A stretch of 64,000 nucleotides of DNA from positions 160,001 through 224,000 of the forward strand of contig CAVSLC010000010.1 of assembly GCA_963728565.1 (NCBI GenBank), written 5' to 3'. A program made the position numbers and the translations under genes. Source of the DNA: an uncultured delta proteobacterium (GTDB lineage: Bacteria > Desulfobacterota > Binatia > UBA9968). Shown piece after piece: positions 61,386-64,000 of this stretch (position 1 is its first letter; every line of letters starts with the position of its first letter). The notes beneath the pieces were generated by a model. It was given only the letters and a program-made list of their open reading frames with translations. It did not search any database and had not been told where the DNA came from.

Positions 61386-61699
61386 GAGTTTTCCTCCACG
61401 GTGTTTTGATGACGGGTTCTAAGTAATAGGATCGTAAACTTATTGATTTGCTTTGCAATACGCAAGGAATGCTCTTATACAGACGCAGCTAAACGACCGA
61501 CGTGCAAATGCCGATCGGAAATGGCATGAGAGTCTCGGTCTCTTCTCACGTCATCATCTGATCAGCATTTTCGTTTTACTCCTTTCATTAGCAATCTTTG
61601 ATGCTGTTCGCAGCTGTTGGTAAATTGCCCTTCATTGCGCCTTCCTTGACTTCATTATCCTGCGAGCCCTATAAGAAACTAATTCTGTAGTAATGAGGA

Positions 61700-62890
61700 G
61701 TGAGAGTGATAATCGATTGCGATAGTCATCTGATGCCCAAGGATGCTTTTGACAGTGTTGGCGGCCGCTTCGGCTCGCGCAAACCGATATTGAAGTTCGC
61801 CGACAACGGGCTGTACGCCGATGTCGAGTTTCCCGGCAATGCGCCTCAAGTGCCCGGGACCAGCCCGCTCGGCGCACCCGGTTCCGGCGCCATGTTCAGA
61901 AGCTTGTGGGATGTGGAAGCGCGCATGAGCGACTACGATGAGCGTCTCGGGATCGAAAGGCACTTCGTATTGCCGCAATTTTCCGGCTGGTGGTCCTACG
62001 TGATAGAACCCGAACTGGCCGGGCGGATGGCCCGTTCGCACAACGAGTCGATGCTGCGGATCATGGAAAAGTATCGCGGCAGGATTCTCGGCGTCGCGCT
62101 GGTGGCGCTGCAGGACGTTGCCGGATCAATTCGCGAGCTGGAATGGGCCAAGGAACGCGGCTTTGCTAGCTGCTGTCGTCGATAAGATTTTTCCCGTCAA
62201 AGATCATCCTTACGGCGAGCCTCTCGGCAGCCGGCGCGAGCTCTGGCCGTTCTTCCGAAGAGCCGAGGAGCTGGACATGCCGCTGTACCTGCACAACGTC
62301 CAGCATGGCCATCGCCTCAGTAACTTGCTGCCGTTCCAGAGAGACGGGCTTTACGTCTTCGCGCCGCAGGAAGGGCACATGAGCTTGGTTTCATTGTTCA
62401 CCAGTGGTCTATTGGATGCTTGCCCCAAGCTGCAGTTTATTTACACCGAAGCAGGCACCGCGTTTATCAAACCCCTGGTCCAGCGTCTCGATAAAATTCT
62501 AGAAGCGCCGCCGGTGGATTATGACGATCAGGAAGAAGCGCCGCTGGGCAACGGCAATTTGTCCAAGACAGGCGAGAAGCTTCGCCGGGCGCGCGCGATC
62601 TCTGCCTGCAAGCGAGTTCCTTGAAAAAAATAAACAGCCGGCGAGCCATTATTTTAAAAATAACTTTTCCTTCACCATTGAGACGGAAGAGCCGGAGCTT
62701 GCCGAAGCCATTCAATTCCTCGGCGCTGAACGATTCCTCTTCGCCACTGACTATCCACACGACGATCCCGGCGGAAGGATGAAATTCCAAGACGTGCGAA
62801 TTGCTGAGAAAACACCCGGACATCTCAGAAGAAGATAAAGAACTGATACGGTGGAAGAACGCCGTCCGTTTGTTTCATCTGGAGTCGTGA
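61700..62890 (+). CDS. Amidohydrolase_2 family protein with frameshifts (about 62165, 62600, 62815)
   Basis: IIDCDSH, ALQD, FFRRAEELDMPLYLH, EAG, LFATDYPHDD, NAVRLF. Confidence 0.8.
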
Positions 62891-63378
62891 TGCCCATCCC
62901 TGAACGCTACAATCTGGGCTACAACATCGGTGTGGGCGGCGCGGTGGTGCGTGACGGCGAGCTGTTGCTGGTGCGGCGCGCTTCGCGTCATGGCCGCGGC
63001 AACTGGCAATTGCCCGGCGGCTTCATCGAACCCGATGAAACCATCGAACAGGCGGTTGTCCGCGAGGTGCAGGAAGAGGCGGGAGTTGAGGCCGAAGTCG
63101 AAGCCGTCTTGGGCTTGCGGAGTCGCTATGATCCGGACTCGGGAAACGGCGTATACATCATCCTCTTGCTGCGGCCGGTGAGCGGCGAACCCACCGCTGA
63201 CAACCACGAAGTCGATCACGCCGGCTATTTCACCTTGGAGCAGATTCGCGGCTTGAATCCATTGCCGCCGGTCAACTGGGAGATCGCCCAACGAGTGCTC
63301 GCGCCGGATCGCCGCTTGCTGTTTCCCAAGCCCCTCGCCAATTTAAACGGCGCGCAGTACACGCTGTTTGTCGGCTGA
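62890..63378 (+). CDS. NUDIX hydrolase
   Basis: WQLPGGFIEPDETIEQAVVREVQEEAG Nudix box. Confidence 0.93.
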   Translation: MPIPERYNLGYNIGVGGAVVRDGELLLVRRASRHGRGNWQLPGGFIEPDETIEQAVVREVQEEAGVEAEVEAVLGLRSRYDPDSGNGVYIILLLRPVSGEPTADNHEVDHAGYFTLEQIRGLNPLPPVNWEIAQRVLAPDRRLLFPKPLANLNGAQYTLFVG

Positions 63379-63412
63379 GCGATGGTTTCCGAGTCCAGTC
63401 GTATTCCCGAAC

Positions 63413-64000
<588 letters not shown>

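Overview
Gene-dense bacterial chromosomal window, mostly high GC. It resembles a Deltaproteobacteria/Ca. Binatia-type environmental genome (inference from the many orphan NMT1/SsuA and TTT solute-binding proteins). No rRNA, tRNA or CRISPR array was found. Main blocks: (i) 6.5-24 kb, a stress/DNA-end-repair region with Ku coupled to a MerR-HTH/TPR protein, a stand-alone LigD polymerase domain followed by a ligase scar, a PolX-PHP lacking its catalytic aspartates and coupled to a conserved unknown gene, a BON lipoprotein, two ferritin-like proteins, a CarD paralog, MlaC and trehalose-6-P synthase/phosphatase, plus four correctly spaced sigma54 (-24/-12) promoters; (ii) 25-39 kb, housekeeping and metabolic genes (yajQ, msrB, gloB, corA, fxsA, aldo/keto reductases, a pilin); (iii) 39.4-47.6 kb, a decaying accessory patch with a double-amber cupin pseudogene, a RAYT-like transposase remnant, a hidden two-domain AhpD/CMD selenoprotein (CxxU, in-frame TGA plus SECIS-like hairpin), a DUF1156-like methylase remnant and hicAB; (iv) 47.8-64 kb, an Npt-like transporter, GH63-like glucosidase, gcvR, ptrB, argJ and others. 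Two families of MITE-like or structured intergenic repeats occur. Many single-base frameshifts, densest near the right end, look like assembly indels.
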